DNA of 64,000 nt from the NCBI GenBank assembly GCA_963718665.1, contig OY970359.1:2112001-2176000 (forward strand), written 5' to 3'. A model generated the notes under the pieces. It had not been told where the DNA came from. It saw nothing but the letters and a program-made list of their open reading frames with translations, and ran no database searches. Position 1 is the stretch's first letter; each line of letters starts with the position of its first letter. The translations under genes and the position numbers were made by a program. The stretch comes from an uncultured Phycisphaerales bacterium (GTDB lineage Bacteria; Planctomycetota; Phycisphaerae; Sedimentisphaerales; Anaerobacaceae). Below, piece after piece: positions 9,980-19,647 of this stretch.

Positions 9980-12900
9980 ATGCCGTCGGTTTTGAATAAG
10001 CGAGACAAAAAAGGCAGCAACCCCTTCGGCGGCGCTGGGGGCAGGAGAGCCATAAGGTGGTTTCTCGAATTTGTGGCGTTCGGGATTTTGATATGGTTTG
10101 CTTTTGCAATCGGCGGCAGGTTGCTGCCCCAGATTGCGCTTAATCAGCTTTCGGATTTGACCAATACCAAAATAGACGTTAAATCGATTGAGTTTCGATT
10201 TGACGGGTCGGTTTTCATCAAGGACCTTGCGATTAAGCCGAAGAATCCGACTAATTATGACAATTCCATTTTAAAGGCGGATACGGTCCGCGTGCATTTC
10301 CGGCTGAGGAGTTTGCTGGCGCTAAGCCCGAAAGTCAAGGAGGTGTTCGTTGATGATTTTACGCTGAGAATACAGTATGATTCCAACAGTGGCGAGTGGA
10401 ACCTGTCGGGAATGAAAGCACAGTTCGCCGGGGGGAAAATCGGTCGGCTGCCGCTTGTATGGTTAGAACACGGCACAGTTGAATACAGCAAAGTTATAGA
10501 CGGGCACGTGAAAGTTATTGCAAGTTCGCCTGTGTCGGCTGGTTTCAGGCCCGCAAAGAAACTCATCGGCGGATACAGTTTTGATATTTCGAGCGCGAGC
10601 AAACAGGATTTGAGCAAGAGCGCCGTTTTTGGGAACTGGAAGCCGGGGAAAATTGAATTGGGGGGAAGAATTTCCTCGACGGATGTTCCCGGTTTTGAGC
10701 GGGCGTGGACGATTCGGGCGATTGACGCGGAAATGAGTTATGAGCCGAACGGATTATATACGCTTATGGCGAAAGTTAAGGGTTTTACTTCCCCGGCGAG
10801 TGAAACGCGGGATTTGTTCGCGTTCGACACTAAATCGGTGGCGGACAAGGCGCCTTTTATTAACGCGCTGCAGATGTTTTTCAGTCAATATAACCCGTCC
10901 GGGACGATTGATATTGATTTGCAGGCATCGGGGAATCTGAAGCGATTGAACGAAAGCAAAATAGAGGGCAAGGTTATCTGCAATGATGTTGTATTGTGCG
11001 ACCGCAATTTTCCTTATACGGTTGAGCATCTGACGGGGCAGGTTGAGCTGACCGAGAAGAGCGCGAAATTGAATAATATAGTTGCTCGTCACGGGACGGT
11101 GGAGCTTGCTCTTGACGGCTGGGTGAAGGATTTCGGGCCGGATTATGAATGCAATTTACAAATTACCAGCAACAATATGCTGCTGGATAATGACCTTTAT
11201 AACGCGATTAACCGTGAGGAGCAGAAGTTCTGGCAGGAGTTTTCGCCGAGCGGATTGGCGGCGACAAATTATTCTCGCAGCAAGCTGCCGGGTGGCGATA
11301 AAAGTGTGCTGACTGTTCAGCTACTCGACGTCCAGGGGAAATACGCCGGATTGGGCTACCCTCTTAAAAATATGACGGGCAGGATGATTTTTACCGACGG
11401 CAATATGATTCTTGACGGCGTAACGTCGCAGTGGGGCCAGCGTAAGATAACGATTAACGGCAAGGTTGGTTTGGGGCACGGCGAACATCCATTATACGAT
11501 ATTGTGGCCAAAGGTGAGAACATACCATTGGATGCGACGTTAGAGGAGGCGCTGCCGCCCGCACAGAAGGAGTTTTACAATCAGTTTGAGTCACATGGGC
11601 TGTTTGATGCGACAATAAGTGTTGCCAGCACCGATAAAGGTGAAATGTTTGCGGCGGAGGTATTCCCGAAGAACAGCTCGCTGAAAGCGAAGGCATTGCC
11701 CATACCTGTTGATGATGTTACGGGCAGGGTTGTTTTCACACCGGATACGGTTGATATCAAGGGTATCGAGGGACATTATAAAGGCGGGACGGTGAAATTT
11801 TCTGGAAAGGCATGGTTGGCTGCAGACAAGAAGGTGCCGGGTTATTGCCTGTCGATGCGGGCTGTAAAGGTCGGGTTAAGCGACGATTTGGCGGATGCGC
11901 TGCCGGGGTCGCTTGGTAAAGTGATAGGACAGTTGCAGCTTGGCGGCGAAGTGAATCTTATGGCCGATATGAGCAAAAATGCCGATGCCAACTGCGGCGA
12001 TAATCAGTTCATCATAGAATGTTTAGGCAATACGATAGATTGCAACCTGCTGCCCGAGCCACTGCACGATATTACGGGCAGGATAGCGATAACACAGTCG
12101 GAAATAGCAATTGATAACATCACAGCCAGGGCAACGCATACTGTTCGCGGCTTGCCGATTGAATCGGTGATGAGATTGGCGGGCAGTGTGTCCCTAAGCG
12201 AGGCGAACGGCCCCGCAGATGAGATTCACGTTACGGGCGGGGAGGTAAATTTCTCCGGCGAGAACATCAGGTTCAAAAAGAAGTCAATGGCGAAAATAGA
12301 TACCGTCCTGAGCTATGATGCTGAAATGAGGCAGTGGCGGTCGCGATATTTTGTTGCTGATTATTACGACGGCAAAATGACAGGCAAACTCCAGTTGACT
12401 AAATCAGACAAGGGCGGGTTTGATTATCTTCTCGAAACAGGCGTTGATGGGGCGGACCTGAAAAAGTTCCTTTCGGACACCGATAAGGAGGTTCGACCCG
12501 ATGAGCATTATTCTACCGGCTCAATAAGCGGGTCGCTTAGCATTATCGGCTCATTGGTTGACGACAATATCCGGCTTGGACGATGCCGGGCGAAAATAAC
12601 CGATATGCAGGTAGGCAAGATGTCGCCGATTGCGAAACTTCTCGCGGTGCTGAATCTGACCGAGCCGAGCGATTATGCCTTCGACCAGATGACGGTTGAC
12701 GCGTATATCCAGGATAACAAGATGTTCCTGCGGCAACTGGATTTATCGGGCAAGTCGGTGGCGTTTTACGGGTCGGGCTGGTTTGACCTGAAGACCGATG
12801 ATATAAAAATGACGCTTACGGCTCGCAGCCGCCGGCTTGCGTCAGCGAATCCATCTGTATGGCAATCGCTGACGGAGGGATTAAGCAGGGCGGTCGTGCG

Positions 12901-13003
12901 GGTCGATGTAAAAGGCAAAATCAGCGACCCGCAGATTACTACTATGCCATTGCCGGTGATTAAAGAAACGCTGGAAATTCTCGGCACGCCCAAAAACGAG
13001 TAG
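9980..13003 (+). CDS. AsmA-like/YhdP-type envelope protein
   Basis: 1007 aa, one N-terminal TM, repetitive beta-rich body, AsmA-like C-terminus. Confidence 0.7.
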   Translation: MPSVLNKRDKKGSNPFGGAGGRRAIRWFLEFVAFGILIWFAFAIGGRLLPQIALNQLSDLTNTKIDVKSIEFRFDGSVFIKDLAIKPKNPTNYDNSILKADTVRVHFRLRSLLALSPKVKEVFVDDFTLRIQYDSNSGEWNLSGMKAQFAGGKIGRLPLVWLEHGTVEYSKVIDGHVKVIASSPVSAGFRPAKKLIGGYSFDISSASKQDLSKSAVFGNWKPGKIELGGRISSTDVPGFERAWTIRAIDAEMSYEPNGLYTLMAKVKGFTSPASETRDLFAFDTKSVADKAPFINALQMFFSQYNPSGTIDIDLQASGNLKRLNESKIEGKVICNDVVLCDRNFPYTVEHLTGQVELTEKSAKLNNIVARHGTVELALDGWVKDFGPDYECNLQITSNNMLLDNDLYNAINREEQKFWQEFSPSGLAATNYSRSKLPGGDKSVLTVQLLDVQGKYAGLGYPLKNMTGRMIFTDGNMILDGVTSQWGQRKITINGKVGLGHGEHPLYDIVAKGENIPLDATLEEALPPAQKEFYNQFESHGLFDATISVASTDKGEMFAAEVFPKNSSLKAKALPIPVDDVTGRVVFTPDTVDIKGIEGHYKGGTVKFSGKAWLAADKKVPGYCLSMRAVKVGLSDDLADALPGSLGKVIGQLQLGGEVNLMADMSKNADANCGDNQFIIECLGNTIDCNLLPEPLHDITGRIAITQSEIAIDNITARATHTVRGLPIESVMRLAGSVSLSEANGPADEIHVTGGEVNFSGENIRFKKKSMAKIDTVLSYDAEMRQWRSRYFVADYYDGKMTGKLQLTKSDKGGFDYLLETGVDGADLKKFLSDTDKEVRPDEHYSTGSISGSLSIIGSLVDDNIRLGRCRAKITDMQVGKMSPIAKLLAVLNLTEPSDYAFDQMTVDAYIQDNKMFLRQLDLSGKSVAFYGSGWFDLKTDDIKMTLTARSRRLASANPSVWQSLTEGLSRAVVRVDVKGKISDPQITTMPLPVIKETLEILGTPKNE

Positions 13004-13134
13004 CGTGGCTGATTAAATCAATTAGATTCTGCTGATTACTGCCGAAGCGGTGTATTTGGAGGGGACCTAACTTCTTATTTTGCAGCAAGATATGGCTTGG
13101 GGATAAAATTCTGCAAAAAATTTCAAAAAAAGTG

Positions 13135-13187
13135 TTGACAGGGACGATGTTAGTGATATACTTGTAATAGTTGAGATAGGACAAGTA
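13135..13187 (+). promoter_or_regulatory. sigma-70 promoter overlapped by a GntR/YtrA-type operator
   Basis: TTGACA-16 nt-TATACT; inverted repeat TACTTGT-N15-ACAAGTA (13159-13187) overlapping -10. Confidence 0.7.
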
Positions 13188-13200
13188 AAGAGATTGAGAT

Positions 13201-13584
13201 ATGCAGATTAAAATAGACAATGCTTCGGACAGGCCCGTATATCAGCAGATAATAGACCAGGTGAAACGCGATATTGCGCTTGGCCGGCTCGGTAAAGATG
13301 AAAAATTGCCGACGGTGAGACAATTAGCCGGGCAGCTTGCGATTAACCCGAACACAATCGCCAAGGCATACCAGCAGATGGAGCGGGAGGGGATTATCAC
13401 AACAAGGCCCGGGTCTGGTGCGTTTGTGGCGAACTTAAACAGCGATTTGAGCAGCTCGGTAAAGAAGAAGCTTATCAGTGAGGATTTGGAGAGGGCAGTG
13501 GTGGACGCGTTTCACATGCAGATTGACGGCCAGACACTGCTTAAATGGTTCAATGAGGCCATTGAGAAGTTCAACCTCAAGTAA
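13201..13584 (+). CDS. GntR family regulator, YtrA subfamily
   Basis: PVYQQIIDQ..LPTVRQLA..INPNTIAKAY..GSGAFV with short C-terminus. Confidence 0.92.
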   Translation: MQIKIDNASDRPVYQQIIDQVKRDIALGRLGKDEKLPTVRQLAGQLAINPNTIAKAYQQMEREGIITTRPGSGAFVANLNSDLSSSVKKKLISEDLERAVVDAFHMQIDGQTLLKWFNEAIEKFNLK

Positions 13585-13599
13585 TTGAGAGGACACGCT

Positions 13600-14532
13600 A
13601 TGGGCGAATATGCAATACAAACCGAAAATATCGTGAAGTACTTCGATGGGCGACGTGTTCTGGACGGCATAGACCTGAAGGTGCCGCAGGGCGGTATATA
13701 TGGTTTATTGGGACGCAACGGTGCGGGCAAGACGACGATAATCAGAATTTTACTTGGTCTCGAACCGGCAACGAGAGGCAGAGCGATTGTGTTAGGTGCA
13801 TCATCGTGGCAGTTGCCTGTGTCGGTGCTGGGACAGATAGGTTATGTAGCGGAAGGGCATAACCTTATTCCGAATTACAGCGTCCGTCGCATTGCGGAGC
13901 TATATCGTAATTTATCGGCAAAGTGGAATGAGCAATTTTTCCGTCGGCTTATAGAAACATTCCGGCTGCCGATGGAGCGAAAGGTCAGTCAGCTTTCGCG
14001 TGGTATGAGGGCGCAGTTGAATCTGTCGCTTGCGATGGCGACTGAGCCGAAGCTTTTGATTCTGGATGACCCGACGCTGGGGCTGGATACGGTTGCGAGG
14101 AGGCAATTTCTTGAGTTGGCGGTGGAGCTTATCAGCCGAGACGGCAGAACAATTCTCTTCAGCTCTCATATTTTGAGCGACGTGGAACGACTTGCTGACA
14201 GGATTGGAATACTCAGGGCGGGGAAATTAGTTGTGGATTGTGAACTGGAGGAGCTGAAAAAGCGGGCGAAGAAACTGCGGCTGATTTTTGATAAGGAGCT
14301 GCCGAGGGAGCTCCCTATTACCGGGATAATAGCGGAAAAAAGGCAGGGGAGGGAATTAGTCCTTACTGTCGCAAACTGGAATGAAAACAAGCAAACGTTT
14401 CTTAACACATTCAAGCCGACAAGCTGCACAGAGATACCGATGACCCTGGAAGAGATATTCATCGAATGCACGGCGTCGGGGACGGATGCGGCAGTCGATT
14501 ATGAACAAGGAGAGCCGATATGTTCACGTTAA
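13600..14532 (+). CDS. ABC transporter ATP-binding protein (YtrB-like)
   Basis: GRNGAGKTT, LSRGM, LILDDPT, SSH; ATG at 13600 after GAGG. Confidence 0.92.
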   Translation: MGEYAIQTENIVKYFDGRRVLDGIDLKVPQGGIYGLLGRNGAGKTTIIRILLGLEPATRGRAIVLGASSWQLPVSVLGQIGYVAEGHNLIPNYSVRRIAELYRNLSAKWNEQFFRRLIETFRLPMERKVSQLSRGMRAQLNLSLAMATEPKLLILDDPTLGLDTVARRQFLELAVELISRDGRTILFSSHILSDVERLADRIGILRAGKLVVDCELEELKKRAKKLRLIFDKELPRELPITGIIAEKRQGRELVLTVANWNENKQTFLNTFKPTSCTEIPMTLEEIFIECTASGTDAAVDYEQGEPICSR

Positions 14533-15149
14533 TAGCGCGAGAGATAGAAGACAACCGCGTGTTCTTTATCGCGGCAGCAATTTTAGTGGCTATCTTCGGC
14601 GTATTGTTTGCAGGGCAGTTATATTACGGCGAGGTGAATGATAGGCCCTTCATAGTAATTCCTGTGTTGAATGCGATGTCAGGGATGTTGATTTTCTGTG
14701 CGATGGGTGCGGCGCAAATGTACCGGGACAAGACAAAAAGGATATCAGCGCTGCTGGCGACGCTGGCAGTAACTCGAAGGCATATTTTTATTGCGCGTGT
14801 CATTGCGGGTTTTCTGCTGGTTTTAATTGTTTTTATTCCGATAGCGGGGGCAAACATCGCGGCTATTTTGACGAGGTCTATCGAACCATCCCATTTTGTC
14901 CGCTTGCATTATACTGAAATTTCCATCCCGGTGTTCCTGCTTGGGTTTGCCTGCTATTGCATTGGTTTGCAGGCGGGGTGGACATCGAGCAGGGTTGCGC
15001 CGACACTTGGGCCGATTGCGCTGGGTTTGATTTTGGTACCGGTTATTTTGATTAAAGGTTTCGGGTGGGAGATTTACGCGATACTGGTTTTGTTAATTGC
15101 GGCGTGCCTGATACGCGCGTGGTATAAGTTTTCGACGGCTGCCCTTTAG
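14520..15149 (+). CDS. ABC-2-type permease
   Basis: About 6 TM segments; overlaps ATPase stop. Confidence 0.75.
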   Translation: MFTLIAREIEDNRVFFIAAAILVAIFGVLFAGQLYYGEVNDRPFIVIPVLNAMSGMLIFCAMGAAQMYRDKTKRISALLATLAVTRRHIFIARVIAGFLLVLIVFIPIAGANIAAILTRSIEPSHFVRLHYTEISIPVFLLGFACYCIGLQAGWTSSRVAPTLGPIALGLILVPVILIKGFGWEIYAILVLLIAACLIRAWYKFSTAAL

Positions 15150-15160
15150 GAGATGACAAA

Positions 15161-16852
15161 ATGAATAAGCCGACCAGTAATCTGATAAACATAGTAGCGA
15201 CGGGATTTATCGTTTTGGTATTGCTTTCGCTGCTGTTGTTCTGGGGAAGGTTCTTATGTGTTGTTCGTCTCATTAGTAATAGGCCCTCGGGTTCTTCGCA
15301 AATTATAATCAGACCTTCGGGATTAGTCCCCGGCGAGCCGGCGCCGAAACGAGCAGTAGAGGAGCCGGTTGTCCGATACGAAGCGAGAACACCCAGCCAA
15401 AACGAGCCGAACTTTCGATATTCCAGCATCTATACCAGCATAGACACAGTGCTTGTCTTCAGCAGGGCTATCGGTGCTTTCTGGGATATTGCGGCGGAAA
15501 TAGTGCCGTATTATGATGTTAATGAAAGAGTTTACTACTGGTATGACGAGGGGAACGGAAGATACTTTTGCTTCGATAAGCCCAGCGGTTTAATAATCCG
15601 TAACTATAAATCTTCTGAGCCGAATGATAAGAGTATGTCCAGCAAGACGGAGTTTTTTGCCGGCCCTAACGGAATCTCTGAGAAGGCGGATTCATCTCTT
15701 GGGCGGTTCTACGACCCGATTGTAACAGAAGGGTGGGCAACGATAGGTCTTTACGACAAGAAGACGCGTTGTTTTTATTTAATCGACTTTGCCGGAGGCA
15801 GCGTCAGCAAAGGGCTCCAATTAGCGGAAGGAGACAGGCGTGAGCCGATTGCGATAGTTGGAATCAGAAACGAATTGCCTATTGTGTCAGGTATTGGAGG
15901 GAGTTCGCCACAGATATGGAACGCCGAGAAGGATGTGTGGGAGCAACAAGAAATGTTTTTGCCCGGCGGCGATAAATCGAGCCATGGATACGACTTCGTC
16001 GACTGGGATTGGACCTATACATATATCCCTGTGTTAGACAAGACGGGGCAGATTTATATTTATAATACGAGCGAGCAGTCCTTAACTCAGGCCGGGTATT
16101 TGCCGATGCCGCAATCCTTGCTTATGGGAGAGCAGCGAAACGATATTGCCAGGCCGAAAGATGTTCTGGCCTATTGGATTCAGCCGTTTTATGCGGTTTT
16201 GAGGTCGCCCCGCGAAGGCAAAAAGGTGGGGCGGATTATTGATACGAAATATCTTGGGATGGGCGTTGCTTGTGCTTCGAGAGAAGGTATGACGATGGCA
16301 ATAGATGTTTTTGACCCGAATGAGAAGATGATATATCGTGGCGATACCACTATGTATTCGTCGGGCTCGACACTGGCGACGATAGATTTATTCTTTCTTG
16401 AGAATCTTCAGCCGCCTGTGTTTGAGATTGCTTCATATTTGTGTGGTAATCGTATCGAGGCGTCTGCAGGCCATCGGGCTTTATTTGTTCTGCCTAATTC
16501 ATTTGTGGGTATGCTGGGCAGGTATAACGGGCCGAAATTTGACCGGGAGGTATTTTTGCCGTTGTTAATGGGGCCGTCTTTGATTCTGTCGATATGGCTT
16601 GCGTTTCGCGTAAGAAAAGACGCGAAAATACTCGGCCTTTCCGGCACAGCAAAGAAATGGTGGACAGTGGGGACAATAGCATTTGGTCTGCCCGCGTATA
16701 TCACTTATCGTCTGACCAGGCCAAAAGAAACTTTAGTTACCTGTCAAAACTGTGGCATGATGAGACGCCCCGATACGGAGATATGCCATCGATGTGGTAG
16801 CAAATGGGAAGTGCCTGAGCTTACGCCGCCGAACTGGCGGATTTGCGATTAA
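15161..16852 (+). CDS. membrane protein with large extracytoplasmic domain and C-terminal zinc ribbon
   Basis: N-terminal TM, two late TMs, CQNC...CHRC; last gene of the operon. Confidence 0.7.
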   Translation: MNKPTSNLINIVATGFIVLVLLSLLLFWGRFLCVVRLISNRPSGSSQIIIRPSGLVPGEPAPKRAVEEPVVRYEARTPSQNEPNFRYSSIYTSIDTVLVFSRAIGAFWDIAAEIVPYYDVNERVYYWYDEGNGRYFCFDKPSGLIIRNYKSSEPNDKSMSSKTEFFAGPNGISEKADSSLGRFYDPIVTEGWATIGLYDKKTRCFYLIDFAGGSVSKGLQLAEGDRREPIAIVGIRNELPIVSGIGGSSPQIWNAEKDVWEQQEMFLPGGDKSSHGYDFVDWDWTYTYIPVLDKTGQIYIYNTSEQSLTQAGYLPMPQSLLMGEQRNDIARPKDVLAYWIQPFYAVLRSPREGKKVGRIIDTKYLGMGVACASREGMTMAIDVFDPNEKMIYRGDTTMYSSGSTLATIDLFFLENLQPPVFEIASYLCGNRIEASAGHRALFVLPNSFVGMLGRYNGPKFDREVFLPLLMGPSLILSIWLAFRVRKDAKILGLSGTAKKWWTVGTIAFGLPAYITYRLTRPKETLVTCQNCGMMRRPDTEICHRCGSKWEVPELTPPNWRICD

Positions 16853-16854
16853 CC

Positions 16855-16946
16855 AAAACAACCTCCCGGCGTGAAGTGGAACCACACCCCCACTTCAAAC
16901 TGCACAAGGTTATCTGCCAAAAAGGCAGTCGGGAGGTTGTTTTTTT
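16855..16946 (+). terminator. multi-branched stem-loop / terminator
   Basis: AAAACAACCTCCCG pairs with CGGGAGGTTGTTTT, enclosing hairpin TGAAGTGG/CCACTTCA; T run follows. Confidence 0.55.
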
Positions 16947-17004
16947 ATAACCATCTGTTTATACGGAAGTTAGGAGAGGGTATAATCCCGGCACGGGGTT
17001 TGCA
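16913..17004 (+). promoter_or_regulatory. sigma-54 promoter of clpB with upstream palindrome
   Basis: CGGCACGGGGTTTGCA (16989-17004); TCTGCCAAAAAGGCA (16913-16927); TAAC-N17-GTTA (16948-16972). Confidence 0.75.
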
Positions 17005-17044
17005 TACTGTTGAGGGATAGTTTATATGAGAAAGGGCAGAAGAT

Positions 17045-19624
17045 ATGAAGTTTGATAAATTTACGTTGAAAACCCAGGAAGCGTTGGCCACGGCTCAGCA
17101 AACCGCGATGGCTAAATCGAATACGGTGCTTAGCCCATTGCATTTATTGAGCGCGATTGTCAGCGACGACGAGGGCATCGGGCCGGAGATTTTCAAGAAA
17201 ATAGGCGCCAACGTCGGACGTATCAAAGATATGACGGAGAGCGAAATGCATCGTCTTGCGCAGGGCAAGACCAGCGGACAACTTATGCCTGACCCGGCTT
17301 TTAACCAGATTGTGTTAGATGCGCAAAATATAGCGGACTCGATGGGCGATGAGTACCTAAGCGTCGAACATTTGCTGATGTCTCTTGCCTCGGTTCAGAG
17401 TGAGGCCAAAGAGATTCTCCGGCTAAACTCGGTGACTGAAAAGCAAATAGAAAAGGCGATAAAAGATATTCGCGGCGGGGAAAAAATAACAGACCAGAGT
17501 CCCGAGGGAAAATACAAATCGCTGGAACGATACGGTATTGATTTATTAGATATGGCGAGGAAGGGCAAGCTCGATCCTGTTATAGGCAGGGACGAGGAAA
17601 TCCGGCGATGTATGCAGGTCTTGAATCGGCGGACAAAGAATAACCCCGTACTGATAGGTGAGCCGGGCGTGGGCAAAACCGCGATAGTTGAAGGATTGGC
17701 GCAGAGGATTGTCGCCGGAGACGTGCCTGCCGGATTGAAAAACAAGAGAATTATTGCGCTGGATATGGGCGCACTCATAGCGGGGACAAAATTCAGAGGA
17801 GAATTTGAGGAACGACTGAAAGCAGTATTAAAGGAAGTGATTGCAGCGGATGGCGAGATAATTCTTTTCATTGATGAATTGCACACAGTTGTCGGCGCGG
17901 GTAAGGCCGAAGGCGCAGTCGATGCCGGGAATTTGCTGAAACCATCGCTTGCCAGGGGCGAATTGCGATGTATCGGCGCGACGACGATTGACGAATATCG
18001 CAAACACGTTGAGAAGGATGCCGCACTGGAGCGGAGATTCCAGCCGATTATGATAGACCCGCCGAGCGTTGAGGACACGATAACGATTTTGCGCGGGCTT
18101 AAGAATCGATATGACACCCATCACGGCGTGCGGATAACGGATTCGGCGCTTGTCGCTGCTGCGACTTTGTCGAACAGGTATATTTCGGATAGATGGCTGC
18201 CCGATAAGGCGATTGATTTGATTGATGAAGCGGCGTCGAAACTGCGAATAGAAAATGACTCGCTGCCGGCGGAATTAGATGATATCCGCAGAAGGGTAAT
18301 CCAGTTGCAGGTTGAGCGGGAGGCGCTGAAAAAAGAGACGGATGAGGCGAGCAAAGACCGTCTCAAAAAAGCTGAGAAGCAATTGGCTGATTTGCAGGAG
18401 CAGGACAGAAAGCTGTCGGCACAATGGGACCGCGAAAAGGGCGAGATAAATTACATCAAGGAATTGAAACAAAAAATCGACGCCGCACAAATTCAGTTCG
18501 AGGATGCTCAGCGCAAAGGCGAGCTTGAGACGGCGGCAAGATTGAAATATGACACGATAACCAACCTGAAAAAAGAGCTTGAGGCAAAAGAAGCCCAGCT
18601 TGTAAAAAGCGAAAGGACAATGGTTCATAACGAGGTTACCGAAGAACATATCGCGGAGGTTGTCGCCAAGTGGACAGGGATACCTGTTGCGAGATTAATC
18701 AGCGGCGAACGCGACCGGCTGATGAAAATGGAAGAGCATATTCGCCAGCGAGTCGTGGGGCAGGATGAGGCAGTGGAGGCGCTTTGTAACGCGGTGAGAC
18801 GAAACCGCGCAGGATTAAGCGACCCTCACAGGCCAATAGGCGTGTTTTTATTCCTGGGGCCGACAGGTGTGGGCAAAACGGAATTGTCAAAGGCGCTTGC
18901 GGACTTTTTATTCAATGACCCCAGCGCCATGATTCGCATAGATATGAGTGAGTTTATGGAGTCACATTCGGTGGCTCGGCTTATAGGCGCGCCTCCCGGA
19001 TACGTCGGTTATGAAGAGGGCGGCCGATTGACGGAAGCGGTGAGACGCAAACCATATTCGGTAATTTTGCTCGATGAGATTGAAAAGGCGCATCCGGACG
19101 TGTTCAACGTGCTTTTGCAGGTTTTTGACGATGCCCGGCTGACTGACGGCAAGGGGCGGACTGTGGATTTCAAAAACACCGTGATAATTATGACGAGCAA
19201 CATCGCCAGCGAGCAGATACAGAAAATGACTGAGGAGAAAGGCGATGAATGGGAGATTGAGGCGCATGTCAAGGAAGTGCTCAAGGTCGTCTTTAAGCCG
19301 GAGTTTTTGAACCGGGTTGATGAGGTGATTGTGTTTCATACGCTTAACGAAGAGCACCTGCGAAAGATTGTTGATATACAGTTGCGATACCTGGGTGAGC
19401 GGATGCGAGAGCGGAAAATGGAAGTACAGTTTACCGATGCCGCGAAAAAGCTGATTACCGACGAGGGGTATGACCCAACGTTCGGGGCAAGACCCATGAA
19501 GCGGGTAATACAGCAGCGATTAGAAAACCCATTAGCCGTGGAGCTGCTGGCAGGCAAATTCACAGACGGCGACACAATCAAAATCGACGCCAAACAGCAC
19601 AAATTCACTTTCGAGAAAGTGTGA
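17045..19624 (+). CDS. clpB: ATP-dependent chaperone ClpB
   Basis: Two AAA+ modules ([16 protein letters not shown]), long coiled-coil M domain, 859 aa. Confidence 0.96.
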   Translation: MKFDKFTLKTQEALATAQQTAMAKSNTVLSPLHLLSAIVSDDEGIGPEIFKKIGANVGRIKDMTESEMHRLAQGKTSGQLMPDPAFNQIVLDAQNIADSMGDEYLSVEHLLMSLASVQSEAKEILRLNSVTEKQIEKAIKDIRGGEKITDQSPEGKYKSLERYGIDLLDMARKGKLDPVIGRDEEIRRCMQVLNRRTKNNPVLIGEPGVGKTAIVEGLAQRIVAGDVPAGLKNKRIIALDMGALIAGTKFRGEFEERLKAVLKEVIAADGEIILFIDELHTVVGAGKAEGAVDAGNLLKPSLARGELRCIGATTIDEYRKHVEKDAALERRFQPIMIDPPSVEDTITILRGLKNRYDTHHGVRITDSALVAAATLSNRYISDRWLPDKAIDLIDEAASKLRIENDSLPAELDDIRRRVIQLQVEREALKKETDEASKDRLKKAEKQLADLQEQDRKLSAQWDREKGEINYIKELKQKIDAAQIQFEDAQRKGELETAARLKYDTITNLKKELEAKEAQLVKSERTMVHNEVTEEHIAEVVAKWTGIPVARLISGERDRLMKMEEHIRQRVVGQDEAVEALCNAVRRNRAGLSDPHRPIGVFLFLGPTGVGKTELSKALADFLFNDPSAMIRIDMSEFMESHSVARLIGAPPGYVGYEEGGRLTEAVRRKPYSVILLDEIEKAHPDVFNVLLQVFDDARLTDGKGRTVDFKNTVIIMTSNIASEQIQKMTEEKGDEWEIEAHVKEVLKVVFKPEFLNRVDEVIVFHTLNEEHLRKIVDIQLRYLGERMRERKMEVQFTDAAKKLITDEGYDPTFGARPMKRVIQQRLENPLAVELLAGKFTDGDTIKIDAKQHKFTFEKV

Positions 19625-19647
19625 AACTGTATGCCGACAGCAGGTGG

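Noticed and set aside
8559..10053. Long antisense ORFs over purD (and similar ones over cysK, clpB, pgk, rpe)
   Set aside because: Shadow ORFs of conserved genes with no motifs or RBS support
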